From assembly GCA_965237465.1 (NCBI GenBank), contig OZ250138.1, positions 1,340,110 through 1,404,109 on the forward strand: a stretch of 64,000 nt of DNA. Direction: 5' to 3'. The DNA is from Dehalococcoidia bacterium. Lineage in GTDB: Bacteria; Chloroflexota; Dehalococcoidia; UBA6926. Shown piece by piece: positions 9,541 to 19,506 of the stretch (positions within the stretch are counted from its first letter, which is position 1; each line of letters begins with the position of its first letter). The notes beneath the pieces were generated by a model. That model did not search any database and was not told the DNA's origin. It saw nothing but the letters and a program-made list of their open reading frames with translations. The position numbers and the translations under genes are program-made.

Positions 9541-9717
9541 TCTACCCAGCCCTTGACACGTATCGGACAATAAGTCTTGGACTGAGTTCGAAAAACAGAT
9601 ACGATGTGTCACGGAGAGTCGCACGCCCGGCAGTACAGTACGCAGCGAAACGCTCCGAAAGGCGCTATCAAACGCAAGGGCTGGGACGTTTTTCCCATAT
9701 GAGGCAGGTGAAACACT

Positions 9718-10641
9718 ATGATCGCCACGCAGACCGACGAACGGATACACGCCGCACAAATTAAGACCTTCACGGACTCGGCCATCGCCGCTGCGCTCAA
9801 GCATGATTGGGAGCAGGCTGTGGAAGCGAACACGGCCATCCTCCGGATTGCGCCAGACAGCATCGAGGCCCTCAACCGCCTCGCCAAGGCGCTGCTTGAG
9901 CTGGGCCGCCTGGCTCCGGCCAAGAACGCCGTCGACCGCGCCGTCGGGCTTGACTCGACAAACATGATTGCGCGGCGCAACGCGGATCGGCTCAGTCGCG
10001 CTGAGGGAGTCCAGAACACGCAACAGTCGCGGAAGCGCGCCAAGCGAGGCGCCGCCGGCCGTAGCAAGGGAGCTCGCAATGGCCGCCCGTCCAGTGGCGA
10101 CACGCCGAATACGTACTCCGGCCATCTTCTGATGAGGGAGGCCGGCAAAACCGCCATCGTGCGCCTTATAGAGGTCGTGGATTCACCCGCGCTTGAGCGG
10201 CTCACCGGCGGCGAGGCGCTGGCCCTGGAAGGCTCCGGCAGCCGGCTGATCGTCTCCTCAAGCCAGGGCGACTACATTGGCCGAGTGCACCCGCGCATGG
10301 CGCAGCGCGTGCTCAGCCTGATGGCGGAGGGCAACCGCTATGAGGCGGCGTTTCTGCGCGCCACGCCGGGCGAAAACGTGCAGATCATCATTGGCGAGTC
10401 ATATCAGCACCCAAGCCAGTCCGGCCGACCCTCATTCCCGCCTGGGAGTGACGGCGGGCTGCGTGGCTATGTCCGTGGGGGGCATGCCATCGCCAATCAC
10501 GATATGGGCGGTCCGCCCAGCCTCAACCCCGGCAAGGAAGAGGACAATGAGGTCCCGGAGCTGGACGCTCTGGTGCGGGCCCACGACGCCGCCAACGACG
10601 CGCCGCCACCCTTCACATCCGCCACAGACGACGACGATTAG
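9718..10641 (+). CDS. hypothetical protein with N-terminal TPR-like helical repeats and a basic low-complexity linker
   Basis: 307 aa. N-terminal ~95 aa helical repeat (AIAAALKHDWEQAVEANTAILRIAPDSIEALNRLAKALLELGRLAPAKNAVDRAVGLD). Arg/Lys-rich linker. C-terminal domain of unknown family. Confidence 0.6.
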   Translation: MIATQTDERIHAAQIKTFTDSAIAAALKHDWEQAVEANTAILRIAPDSIEALNRLAKALLELGRLAPAKNAVDRAVGLDSTNMIARRNADRLSRAEGVQNTQQSRKRAKRGAAGRSKGARNGRPSSGDTPNTYSGHLLMREAGKTAIVRLIEVVDSPALERLTGGEALALEGSGSRLIVSSSQGDYIGRVHPRMAQRVLSLMAEGNRYEAAFLRATPGENVQIIIGESYQHPSQSGRPSFPPGSDGGLRGYVRGGHAIANHDMGGPPSLNPGKEEDNEVPELDALVRAHDAANDAPPPFTSATDDDD

Positions 10642-11039
10642 CCGGCCGCGGGGACTCTCCCTCGCAGAATCAGGAACCTGCGCCGAGCGGCATGAGCCGG
10701 CTCAGCAAGCTGGATTGTCGTATGGCCGACGTCCCGCCAATTGGGTCGTCGGCTAACCTCATCCCCGCACATTGGGACCACCGCTTGACGTGGCTCTTCT
10801 AGCTGAATCCGCCAGGGCCCCTCGCGTGCCGGATCGGCGAACTGCGCAGAAACGCCAAACCGGACTGTCGCAATTCGCGCAGTGGGGGACGCCTCCGCGC
10901 CTCTCCGCCCCAACGTGCTAAGATTCTTGCGCGCCGGCCTCAAAGAACGGCGGCGCCTGGACGTACTAACTGCCGCCTCAACATGATCCTCTCCCTTCGA
11001 AACCTGCCCGCCGGCGATCATGGCTCGTTGTGAAACTCA

Positions 11040-12002
11040 ATGATTCAGCCTCGGACTGATACACAGACGCCCCCCACGCCCTCTGATGCCTCGTTCCCCG
11101 TTGTGGCGCGTGGACTGGAGAAGGCGTTTGGCAAGTTGATCGCCGTGCGGGGGATCGACTTTCACGTGCAGTCTGGAGAGTGCTTCGGATTCCTCGGCCC
11201 TAACGGCGCCGGCAAGACCAGCACCATGAGGATGATTGCCTGCATTTCACCCATCACCGCGGGAACGCTCCTGGTGAATGGCCTGTCCGTCCAGTCGGAT
11301 GCCCGCACAATCAAGGCGAGAATAGGCATTGTCCCGCAGGGCGACAATCTCGATGAGGAACTGTCTGTCTTTGACAATCTCAGGCTATATGCGGGGTATT
11401 TCGGCATCCCTACCGCCGAGTCCTTGCCGCGCGCCCGCAACGCCCTTGAGCTGTTTAGTCTGGCGGACCGCGCGGACTCCAAGGTGGATGAGCTCTCCGG
11501 CGGAATGAGACGCCGACTGCTCATCGCCCGGGGCCTCATCAACGATCCTTCGTTGCTGATACTGGATGAGCCGACAACCGGGCTTGATCCGCAGGCGCGG
11601 CACTTCGTCTGGCGCACGCTGCGCAGCCTGAAGGATCAGGGCGTCACCCTGCTCCTCACGACGCACTACATGGATGAAGCCGCCACGCTGTGTGATCGCA
11701 TCATCGTCATGCATGAAGGACGCATCCTCGCGGAGGGCGCTCCGGCAGAGCTTATCCGAAGCGTCGTCGGCGCGACAGTCGTTGAAGCTCAATCACTGGA
11801 TCCGGAGGCTCTCGGGCGAGCGGCGGAGCACCTCCGCGCGAGCGGCGCTGAGATAGAGCGGACGTCGGACACAGTACATGCATTCGGCCTCTCCGGTATC
11901 GATGCGGAGTTGCCGGCGATGCTCGACGCGCGCGCCTATGCCCGGCCTGGAAACCTTGAGGACGTCTTTCTGCGACTCACAGGCCGCGGGCTGGAAGAGT
12001 AG
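11040..12002 (+). CDS. ABC transporter ATP-binding protein (DrrA-like, ABC-2 exporter)
   Basis: Walker A GPNGAGKTS, signature LSGGMRRRL, Walker B LLILDEPTTGLD. Confidence 0.9.
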   Translation: MIQPRTDTQTPPTPSDASFPVVARGLEKAFGKLIAVRGIDFHVQSGECFGFLGPNGAGKTSTMRMIACISPITAGTLLVNGLSVQSDARTIKARIGIVPQGDNLDEELSVFDNLRLYAGYFGIPTAESLPRARNALELFSLADRADSKVDELSGGMRRRLLIARGLINDPSLLILDEPTTGLDPQARHFVWRTLRSLKDQGVTLLLTTHYMDEAATLCDRIIVMHEGRILAEGAPAELIRSVVGATVVEAQSLDPEALGRAAEHLRASGAEIERTSDTVHAFGLSGIDAELPAMLDARAYARPGNLEDVFLRLTGRGLEE

Positions 12003-12008
12003 CTGGGC

Positions 12009-12788
12009 ATGATCGGCATCACTCCAACAACAACGATTCCGCTCTCTTTGCGAGTGTGGCGCCGCAACTGGACGGTATTCCGCAAGTTTGCGCTTGCGGA
12101 GGTCGGGCCGTTGTTCGTGGAGCCGCTGGTGGTTCTGGGAGCGATGGGCCTGGGGCTCGGCGCATACGTCTCGCTAGACGGTGAGCGAAGCTATCTGGAG
12201 TTCATTGGGCCGGGGATCATAGGCGGGTACGCGCTCTTTGCCGCGGTGTTTGAATGCACATACGGGTCGTACACGCGAATGGCGATTCGCGGCTTATACG
12301 ACGCAATGATCGCCACGCCGCTTTCGATAGAAGACGTTATCACGGGGGAAGTGGCGTGGGGCGCGACACGCTCCGTCTTCAGCGCAACCGTCATCCTTTT
12401 TGTGCTGACGGTCTTTGGCCTGGTGGACTCGCCCTTCGCCCTGCTCATCATTCCCTTCTCATTCTTCGCAGGCGTCCTGTTCTCCTCGATGGCCCTCGTC
12501 GTCACCGCGTTCGCGCCGTCATTCTGGACATTCAACTACGCCATCACGCTTGGTGTGATGCCCATGTACTTCTTCGGCGGCGTCTTCTTTCCGTTGGATC
12601 GGTACCCGGACATCGTGGGCACGCTTGCGTGGCTCCTGCCGCTGACGCCATACGTGCACATCGTTCGGGAACTGGTGACCGGAAGCCTGACTCTGACAAG
12701 CCTGTGGGCAGGACTGTATCTGATAGCGCTGACCGCCCTCTTCTATATGTTCTCCGTCGCGCGGATGCGCGCCCGGCTCATCCGCTGA
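12009..12788 (+). CDS. ABC-2 type transporter permease
   Basis: 259 aa, six predicted TM helices, immediately downstream of the ATPase. Confidence 0.8.
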   Translation: MIGITPTTTIPLSLRVWRRNWTVFRKFALAEVGPLFVEPLVVLGAMGLGLGAYVSLDGERSYLEFIGPGIIGGYALFAAVFECTYGSYTRMAIRGLYDAMIATPLSIEDVITGEVAWGATRSVFSATVILFVLTVFGLVDSPFALLIIPFSFFAGVLFSSMALVVTAFAPSFWTFNYAITLGVMPMYFFGGVFFPLDRYPDIVGTLAWLLPLTPYVHIVRELVTGSLTLTSLWAGLYLIALTALFYMFSVARMRARLIR

Positions 12789-12793
12789 GCCAG

Positions 12794-13267
12794 TCAGTTC
12801 TCGCCGTAGCGTCTGGGGCCACTGCCCATCTGGATCTCATAAATCACGTGTGATTGGCGATCAAACGTCGCCTTGACCCACATGCCCTCTTTCATCCAGT
12901 CATACGCCCCACGGCGGGCGGGCACGGGGTCCAGTCGATATCTGATACCGCTGATGACGATGACAAGCACGGAATTGTAGCGCGGCTTTGACCACCCGCC
13001 CGATGCCTCCTGCGGGGCCTCAATGTCCTCAACGGTCATGCGATCGATTCGGCCCTCAAGCTCCGCAGGCTCCAGGAGCGGCGGAGCGGGCAGCGGCGGC
13101 GGCGGCAGCTCCGGCCGCGTCCGACGGAACACCGTCAGCAGGCCATACCCGAAGAGGATCGGCACGGCGAACAGCAAGAACAGATGGAGCTGTCCTGTCA
13201 GGAGTACAAAGAACGCCGTAAAGACGACGATTGTCAGAATCACATAGAAGCGGAATCCACCGGACAT
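12794..13267 (-). CDS. hypothetical membrane-anchored protein
   Basis: Start set at ATG 13265-13267 (MSGGFRFYVILTIV...). Two TM helices, then a Pro-rich stretch (PELPPPPLPAPPLLEPAE) and a ~90-aa soluble domain. Confidence 0.5.
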   Translation of the reverse strand: MSGGFRFYVILTIVVFTAFFVLLTGQLHLFLLFAVPILFGYGLLTVFRRTRPELPPPPLPAPPLLEPAELEGRIDRMTVEDIEAPQEASGGWSKPRYNSVLVIVISGIRYRLDPVPARRGAYDWMKEGMWVKATFDRQSHVIYEIQMGSGPRRYGEN

Positions 13268-13369
13268 AGAACTACGCTCCCCTAAACGGTTGCCCTGGCC
13301 CCGCGAATCGCATCGCCTCGCGCAGCTCGCGTCGAGAGGCGGCATATCCGCGGCGCCGCTATAGTAGCG

Positions 13370-14614
13370 GTGATGGTTGCCGCCACCCCATTAGCCGTTT
13401 CACGCGCCTCGGACCCATACCGGTTCGTCATTTATGCCCTCGTGGTATTGATGAACTTCACGCTGGGGCTCACGTTTCTTGCGCCGGCCTCCCTCTTGCC
13501 CTTGATCACGGATGAATACGGCCTGTCCCATTCGGGCGGCGCATTTGTTGTCACGAGCATCACTCTTGTATTCATGGCCGGCAGCCTTCCTGCCGCCATC
13601 ATAGTCTCACGGTGGAACATTCGCGCGGTCTACGGCATTGGCTGGGCGCTCATGGGCTGCGCTGTGCTGACTCCGTTCCTGGGCGGCTTCTGGGCCCTCA
13701 TCGGCATCCGCTGCGTTCAGGGGCTCGGCGCGTCCGCTCTGACACCGCTGACCGCCGCCATCATCATGCGATGGGCGCCGGCGCGGGAGGTGCCGATCGT
13801 CAACGCCTTAGCCCTTGCCACGTTGACGGTCGGCCTTGGCGCGTCCCTTTACATAGGACCGATTCTCGCAGGCAGGGTTGGCTGGGAGTGGGCCATCGGC
13901 ATTGAGGGACTTATTGCCATTGTCGGGGCTGCCCTCTGGTTCGTCCTCTGGCGGAAACGGCGGGTGGAGGGAACAGTCGCGGCGGAACCCGTCACGATGA
14001 CCGCCATCGTCTCCGTACTTCGTCGCCGTGAGACGTGGCTCCTCGCGATTGCCGTCATCGGCCCCTGGGCTCAATTCAACACGCTCAGCACCTTCCTGCC
14101 GACGTACTTTCAAGAGGTGCGAGGACTCAGCCTGCAGTCGGCGGGAAGCCTGGCGGCGATCTTCGCCTTCGCCGGCATACCCGCCAATATCCTCGGCGGC
14201 TTCATTGCGACAATCACGGGGCGCAGACGGCCCATACTGATTTGGTCGGGCTTATTCATCGGCGCGGCAGGCATGGCGATCCTATACGCGCCAGTCGGAA
14301 TCATCCTCTTAATCGCGGTCGTAACGGCCGGTTTCCTTCAGTGGGTGTATGAGCCGACGTTATTCACTGTGCCGATTGAACTACGGGGATCGTCTCCCGA
14401 GCGCGCCGGAGCCATTTGGGCGGCTATTCTCACGACCGGCAACGCATCCAGCTTCGTCGCCCCCGTCGTAGCCGGATACATCATTGATGGAACCGGCAGC
14501 TTCATCCTGGGCATCGGGAGCATCGCCGCGTTCTCATTCACAATGTTCTTTGCCGCCCTGTTGTTGCCGGAAACCGGGCCGGGCAGACTCAACGCCCCCA
14601 ACCCTGTCAACTAA
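13370..14614 (+). CDS. MFS transporter
   Basis: 414 aa, 12 predicted TM helices, typical MFS loop between TM2 and TM3. Confidence 0.8.
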   Translation: MMVAATPLAVSRASDPYRFVIYALVVLMNFTLGLTFLAPASLLPLITDEYGLSHSGGAFVVTSITLVFMAGSLPAAIIVSRWNIRAVYGIGWALMGCAVLTPFLGGFWALIGIRCVQGLGASALTPLTAAIIMRWAPAREVPIVNALALATLTVGLGASLYIGPILAGRVGWEWAIGIEGLIAIVGAALWFVLWRKRRVEGTVAAEPVTMTAIVSVLRRRETWLLAIAVIGPWAQFNTLSTFLPTYFQEVRGLSLQSAGSLAAIFAFAGIPANILGGFIATITGRRRPILIWSGLFIGAAGMAILYAPVGIILLIAVVTAGFLQWVYEPTLFTVPIELRGSSPERAGAIWAAILTTGNASSFVAPVVAGYIIDGTGSFILGIGSIAAFSFTMFFAALLLPETGPGRLNAPNPVN

Positions 14615-14689
14615 GCCAACCCTGGCTGGAGTGCTACACTACAGAACGATCACCCTGCCTATAGCTGAAACCCTTATGGAGTTCATTGC

Positions 14690-15361
14690 ATGACGTCATC
14701 GTCATCATCGCGTTCGGCGCTGCTCGGCCCTACGCCTGCGGCGCGACGCTACTTCCAACAGTTCCTGGGAGAACGCGCGGAGCTTTCCGAGGCCGAGGCT
14801 CGCATCGTCAACGCCATAGAGCCGCAGGGGCCCGAAGAGCTTCTTCAGGCCGGCGTCGCCGTGTATGACGCCATTTCGGCCGGCGACGCGCCGCTCCCCG
14901 CCTCGGATGCCGTGTCAGCCTTGCCCGATGACCTTGACGCCGCCGGCCTTCGAACCGCGCTCTATGTGATCATGGTCAACGCAGTCGCCATTGAGCTGGC
15001 CATAGACACGCCCGCCACCGTGCGCGCCGAGCAGGGACTGGCCATTGAGGGCGGCGTGCTGCCCCGGTTGGCGCATGATCACCTTGTCCTTGTGGCGCGG
15101 TTCTCATTGGACACAATCCAGTCTCCCAAGCCGCCTGATACGTTTCAGGGCCTGATAGATCTGACCGTGGAGCGTCTATCCTCGCTCGTGGAGTTGGCGT
15201 CTCAAGCGATGATGGGAGCGGACGTCGATCCATTCGAGACGTTCGAGCACCGCGACTGCGAGAAGTGCGGCCATTTGCTCCAGCTGCACGTCGGCTTTGA
15301 GAGCTGGGAAGACGTTCAGGCTGAGCACGACGCATGGTGCCCAAAACGCCGTGAGGCTTAG
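14690..15361 (+). CDS. hypothetical protein with C-terminal Cys/His cluster
   Basis: 223 aa, no recognised family. C-terminus HRDCEKCGHLLQLH...HDAWCP could bind metal. Confidence 0.5.
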   Translation: MTSSSSSRSALLGPTPAARRYFQQFLGERAELSEAEARIVNAIEPQGPEELLQAGVAVYDAISAGDAPLPASDAVSALPDDLDAAGLRTALYVIMVNAVAIELAIDTPATVRAEQGLAIEGGVLPRLAHDHLVLVARFSLDTIQSPKPPDTFQGLIDLTVERLSSLVELASQAMMGADVDPFETFEHRDCEKCGHLLQLHVGFESWEDVQAEHDAWCPKRREA

Positions 15362-15415
15362 GCGCCCGCCTGCCCGAAATATGCCGTCGCTGTTTCTTCA
15401 GGACCGGAATCTGCG

Positions 15416-15859
15416 GTGACAATGTCAGAGTCCGCCGCCGTTCGAGTGACGGCCCTGATCCTTGGTCAGGACTCCTTTCGTGATGAGCGCGGCCGCGCCC
15501 ACGTCATCGGCATCTTTGATACTGTCGGCGCGCAGCAGTTCCCTATGGCGTTCCAGTTCTCCATATATTGCCGCCTGCACGGCGAGGGCACGCATCAGCT
15601 GATCCTGCGCGTTCTTGACCCGCAAGGCATGGAAATAGTCCACAGCGAGCCGATCACAGCCAACCTGCTGCCGATTCAAGGCCACCAGTTCTTCATGAGC
15701 ATCGGAATCCAGGCGGAATCGGACGGCCTCTTTCTCGTGCAGGCCGTTGTCGATGGCCAGGTTGAACAAGAGGCGCCTCTCCTCGTTGAGGCCGGACAAG
15801 ATGAGTGGCATCAGGGCAATGACGGCAGTCCGCTTGCCGGACCGCCTCCCGTCCCCTGA
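15416..15859 (+). CDS. hypothetical protein
   Basis: 147 aa, no recognised family. Co-directional with the upstream hypothetical gene and the downstream hyuA. Confidence 0.45.
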   Translation: MTMSESAAVRVTALILGQDSFRDERGRAHVIGIFDTVGAQQFPMAFQFSIYCRLHGEGTHQLILRVLDPQGMEIVHSEPITANLLPIQGHQFFMSIGIQAESDGLFLVQAVVDGQVEQEAPLLVEAGQDEWHQGNDGSPLAGPPPVP

Positions 15860-15874
15860 CCGCGCGGCGCGCCC

Positions 15875-17866
15875 ATGATCGGCGTCGACACAGGCGGCAC
15901 GTTTACTGACCTTATCCGCTACGGCGACGACGGCGTAATGCGGATGATCAAAATCCCCTCCACGCCCGCCGACCCGGCGCAATCCTTCCTTGAGGGGATT
16001 CGCGAGATCAGCGAGGAACTCGCCAACGAGGACATCGTTCACGGCTGCACCGTCGGAGTAAATGCCGTCCTTGAGCGGCGCGGGGCGCGGACAGCGCTCG
16101 TGACAACGGCGGGGTTCGCGGATGTCATTGAGATTGGCCGTCAAACCCGCCCTGCGCTCTACGACCTGCACGTTCGCCGGCCAACCCCCCTCGTGCCCCG
16201 GAACCTGAGATTCCAGGTTGATGAGCGCGTTTCCTCAGAGGGTGTCGTCCTGCGTGCGCCGAGCGAGACGGACATGGAAGCCATCGCCGATGAAATCGCC
16301 AGATCCGGCGCGGAATCGGTCGCTGTTGTCCTGCTCTTCTCATTCCTCAGGCCAGAACAGGAGGGCCGCGTTCTGGAAGCGCTCCGCCAAAGGCTGCCTA
16401 CAGAAACGCAGATCTCCGTCTCCAGCGAGATTCTTCCTGAGTTCCGCGAATACGAGCGAACGTCCACGACCGTAATGAACGCCTACATCGCGCCGGTCAT
16501 GCAAACCTATCTGGGCGCGATTGATGAATCCATTCCCAATCCGGTTCGCATCATGTCGTCCGCGGGCGGCAGCATGACAATCGGCCAGGCGCGACGGCTG
16601 CCCGTGCATACCCTATTAAGCGGGCCAGCCGGGGGCGTGGTCGGGGCTTTTGAGGTGGCGAGAGCGGCGGGCATTGACCGGATCATGACGCTAGACATGG
16701 GCGGCACGTCCACGGATGTGTCCTTGTGCGAAGGCGAGATTCAGCGCACTTCGGAGGGGGCAATCGGCGGACTCCCCGTTCGCGTCCCGATGGTTGACAT
16801 TCATACGGTAGGCGCCGGCGGCGGCTCGCTCGCGTCCTTCGACGCGGGCGGCGCGTTGGCCGTCGGGCCGCAATCCGCCGGGTCCATCCCCGGTCCGGCT
16901 GCGTATGGGCGGGGCGGCGGCGCAACAGTCACGGACGCCAACATTATCCTGGGCCGGCTTCCTGCAGACAGGCCGCTCGCCGGCCGCCTTCAGTTGGACG
17001 GAAACGCAGCCCGCGACGCCTTCCAATCCATAGGCGGGACGCAGGGCATGAGCGCGGAGGAGTTGGCCGACGGCGTGGTCCGGGTGGCCAACGCGAACAT
17101 GGAGCGCGCCCTGCGCGTCGTCTCGCTTGAACGGGGCCATGACCCGCGCGACTTCACGCTGGTCGCGTTTGGCGGGGCCGGGCCGCTGCATGCATGTGAG
17201 CTGGCCGATGGCCTGGGCATGAAGCGCGTGCTTGTCCCCCGTTTACCGGGAGTGCTCTCGGCATGGGGAATGCTTATGGCGGACGTTACTCGGGATTACG
17301 CTCGGACTGTGTTGTTGAACACCGAAGATTCTTCTCCCGACTCACTGTCTCAGCTGCTCGCCGAGATGGAGACCGGCGCGCGGCGCGACTTGCAGGCCAC
17401 AGACCTGCCGGATTCCAGCGCCGTCCTCACCGCGTGGGCGGACATTAGATACGTCGGTCAGGGCTATGAGCTCTCCATACCTCTCGTCGCGGCCGATGGA
17501 CTGTCATTGCCGGACCGTTTTCACGCCGCGCATCAACGTCGATTCGACCACAGCCACGCAGGCTGGCCGACAGAGATTGTCACTTTGCGGCTGCGCGTAA
17601 CTATCAGCGTCCCCAAGCCTGAGACGCGTGTGGAGTCCGACGATGGCCCCGACAGCTCACACGCGGTACTCGGCACGACCCGGATCATGTTGGATACGGG
17701 CGAGGCAACTGTGCCGGTAATCAACCGCGAGGCGCTCAGGCCGGGCAACACGATCAGTGGGCCAGCCGTCCTGACCCAAACGGACGCGACGACCTGGCTC
17801 CCGCCGGAGTGGGGCGCGCGCGTCGATGGCCGCCTGAACCTCATCCTGGAGAGGACAGGATCGTGA
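15875..17866 (+). CDS. hyuA: hydantoinase/oxoprolinase family protein, A subunit
   Basis: 663 aa. N-terminal MIGVDTGGTFTDLI (ASKHA fold) and the full hydantoinase_A architecture. Confidence 0.85.
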   Translation: MIGVDTGGTFTDLIRYGDDGVMRMIKIPSTPADPAQSFLEGIREISEELANEDIVHGCTVGVNAVLERRGARTALVTTAGFADVIEIGRQTRPALYDLHVRRPTPLVPRNLRFQVDERVSSEGVVLRAPSETDMEAIADEIARSGAESVAVVLLFSFLRPEQEGRVLEALRQRLPTETQISVSSEILPEFREYERTSTTVMNAYIAPVMQTYLGAIDESIPNPVRIMSSAGGSMTIGQARRLPVHTLLSGPAGGVVGAFEVARAAGIDRIMTLDMGGTSTDVSLCEGEIQRTSEGAIGGLPVRVPMVDIHTVGAGGGSLASFDAGGALAVGPQSAGSIPGPAAYGRGGGATVTDANIILGRLPADRPLAGRLQLDGNAARDAFQSIGGTQGMSAEELADGVVRVANANMERALRVVSLERGHDPRDFTLVAFGGAGPLHACELADGLGMKRVLVPRLPGVLSAWGMLMADVTRDYARTVLLNTEDSSPDSLSQLLAEMETGARRDLQATDLPDSSAVLTAWADIRYVGQGYELSIPLVAADGLSLPDRFHAAHQRRFDHSHAGWPTEIVTLRLRVTISVPKPETRVESDDGPDSSHAVLGTTRIMLDTGEATVPVINREALRPGNTISGPAVLTQTDATTWLPPEWGARVDGRLNLILERTGS

Positions 17867-19506
17867 ACATCGACGCCGTTTCGCTGGAAGTCTTTCGTAA
17901 CCTTTTCGCCTCAATCGCAGAGGAGATGGGCGTAGCGCTCGGCCGAACAGCGTGGTCGCCAAACATCAAAGAGCGTCGCGACTACTCATGCGCGATATTT
18001 GACGCCAGCGGCAGGCTCATCGCTCAGGCGGAACACATTCCGGTGCACCTCGGCGCCATGCCCGCGTCCGTGCAGGCCGCCATCGAACGCTTTGACTCCT
18101 TTGAGCCGGGCGACATCATCGCCTTGAATGACCCGTATCTGGGCGGCACCCACTTGCCGGACCTCACGCTGATCTCGCCAACATTCGCGCCGTCCGAGCC
18201 ACATGATGGAGGCTCGGACGCGCTGGCCGGATTCGTAGCGACGCGCGCGCACCATGCCGACGTGGGCGGCATGGCCCCCGGCTCCATGCCCTCCTCCACA
18301 ACCATCTACCAGGAGGGCTTTATCATTCCGCCGATACGCCTCTCCCGCGCAGGCGTCATGAATGAAGAGGTCATTGAGCTGTTCATGCGCAACGTGCGCA
18401 CACCGGAGGAGCGGCAGGGGGATCTAGCCGCCCAGATCGCCGCCAATCACGTCGGTGAGACGCGATTCACCCAACTGATTTCCCGATACGGCAGTGAGAC
18501 CGTCGATGGCCATGCGGACGCGCTGATCGCCTATGCGGAGAGAATAGTTCGACATGCTCTGCGAAGCATCCCCGCGGGCGCCTACACGTTCGCCGACACT
18601 ATGGAGCCGCCAACGCCGGACTCAGACCCGCCCCGCATCGCTGTCACCATTACCAGCGATGGCGAAGGTTCCTTGACGGTGGATTTCTCAGGCACGTCGC
18701 CGGAGCAGCCGTTGAGCAATATCAACGCCGTTCGAGCAGTGACGGTCTCCGCAGTGCAGTACTGCGTACGATGCCTTGCTGGTCCGCGCGCGCCCGCGAA
18801 TCACGGCTCATTCGCCTCCGTAAACGTCATCACGCCGGAGGGATCCCTCGTGAATCCCCGACCACCTCGCGCCGTCGCGGCCGGCAACGTCGAAACGTCG
18901 CAGCGCATCGTTGACGTGGTGCTGGGCGCGCTTGCACCCGTTCTTCCGGACATTATTCCCGCCGCAAGCCAGGGCACAATGAACAACGTGACCATCGGAG
19001 GGACGGACCCCCGCACTGGCCACCCATTCGCCTATTACGAGACCCTTGCCGGCGGCGTCGGGGCCGGTCCTAACGGATCGGGCGAGTCCGCCATTCATAG
19101 CCACATGACCAACACGATGAACACGCCGGTCGAGGCGCTCGAGTTTCAGTTCCCGTTTCGCGTTATTGAATACGGGATCCGCCGCGAATCAGGCGGCGCG
19201 GGGAGATTCCGGGGCGGCGACGGACTGATAAGGACAGTCGAGTTTCTCGCGGACGCAACTGTTTCTCTCCAGACGGAGCGCCGATCTCAAGGACCGTGGG
19301 GCCTCGCAGGGGGCGATGACGGCGCGCCCGGACGCAACTCATTGCGTACAATAGAATCGCAAACGTATGATTCGATTCCGGCGAGCACGACGCTCAATGT
19401 TGCCGCCGGGGACTCGCTTCGGATTGAGACGCCGGGCGGCGGCGGATGGGGGCAACCTCAATCACCGCCCACTGACGAGGAGGGAATCAACCGCAGCCAT
19501 GACTAG
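17863..19506 (+). CDS. hyuB: hydantoinase B/oxoprolinase family protein, B subunit
   Basis: GTG start at 17863 overlaps the hyuA TGA (GTGA). Translation VNIDAVSLEVFRNLFASIAEEMG... is typical of hydantoinase_B. Confidence 0.85.
   Translation: MNIDAVSLEVFRNLFASIAEEMGVALGRTAWSPNIKERRDYSCAIFDASGRLIAQAEHIPVHLGAMPASVQAAIERFDSFEPGDIIALNDPYLGGTHLPDLTLISPTFAPSEPHDGGSDALAGFVATRAHHADVGGMAPGSMPSSTTIYQEGFIIPPIRLSRAGVMNEEVIELFMRNVRTPEERQGDLAAQIAANHVGETRFTQLISRYGSETVDGHADALIAYAERIVRHALRSIPAGAYTFADTMEPPTPDSDPPRIAVTITSDGEGSLTVDFSGTSPEQPLSNINAVRAVTVSAVQYCVRCLAGPRAPANHGSFASVNVITPEGSLVNPRPPRAVAAGNVETSQRIVDVVLGALAPVLPDIIPAASQGTMNNVTIGGTDPRTGHPFAYYETLAGGVGAGPNGSGESAIHSHMTNTMNTPVEALEFQFPFRVIEYGIRRESGGAGRFRGGDGLIRTVEFLADATVSLQTERRSQGPWGLAGGDDGAPGRNSLRTIESQTYDSIPASTTLNVAAGDSLRIETPGGGGWGQPQSPPTDEEGINRSHD

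Noticed and set aside
10638-11021. 127-aa minus-strand ORF in the long intergenic region
   Set aside because: No RBS, Arg-rich low-information translation, no similarity. Treated as non-coding pending transcript evidence.
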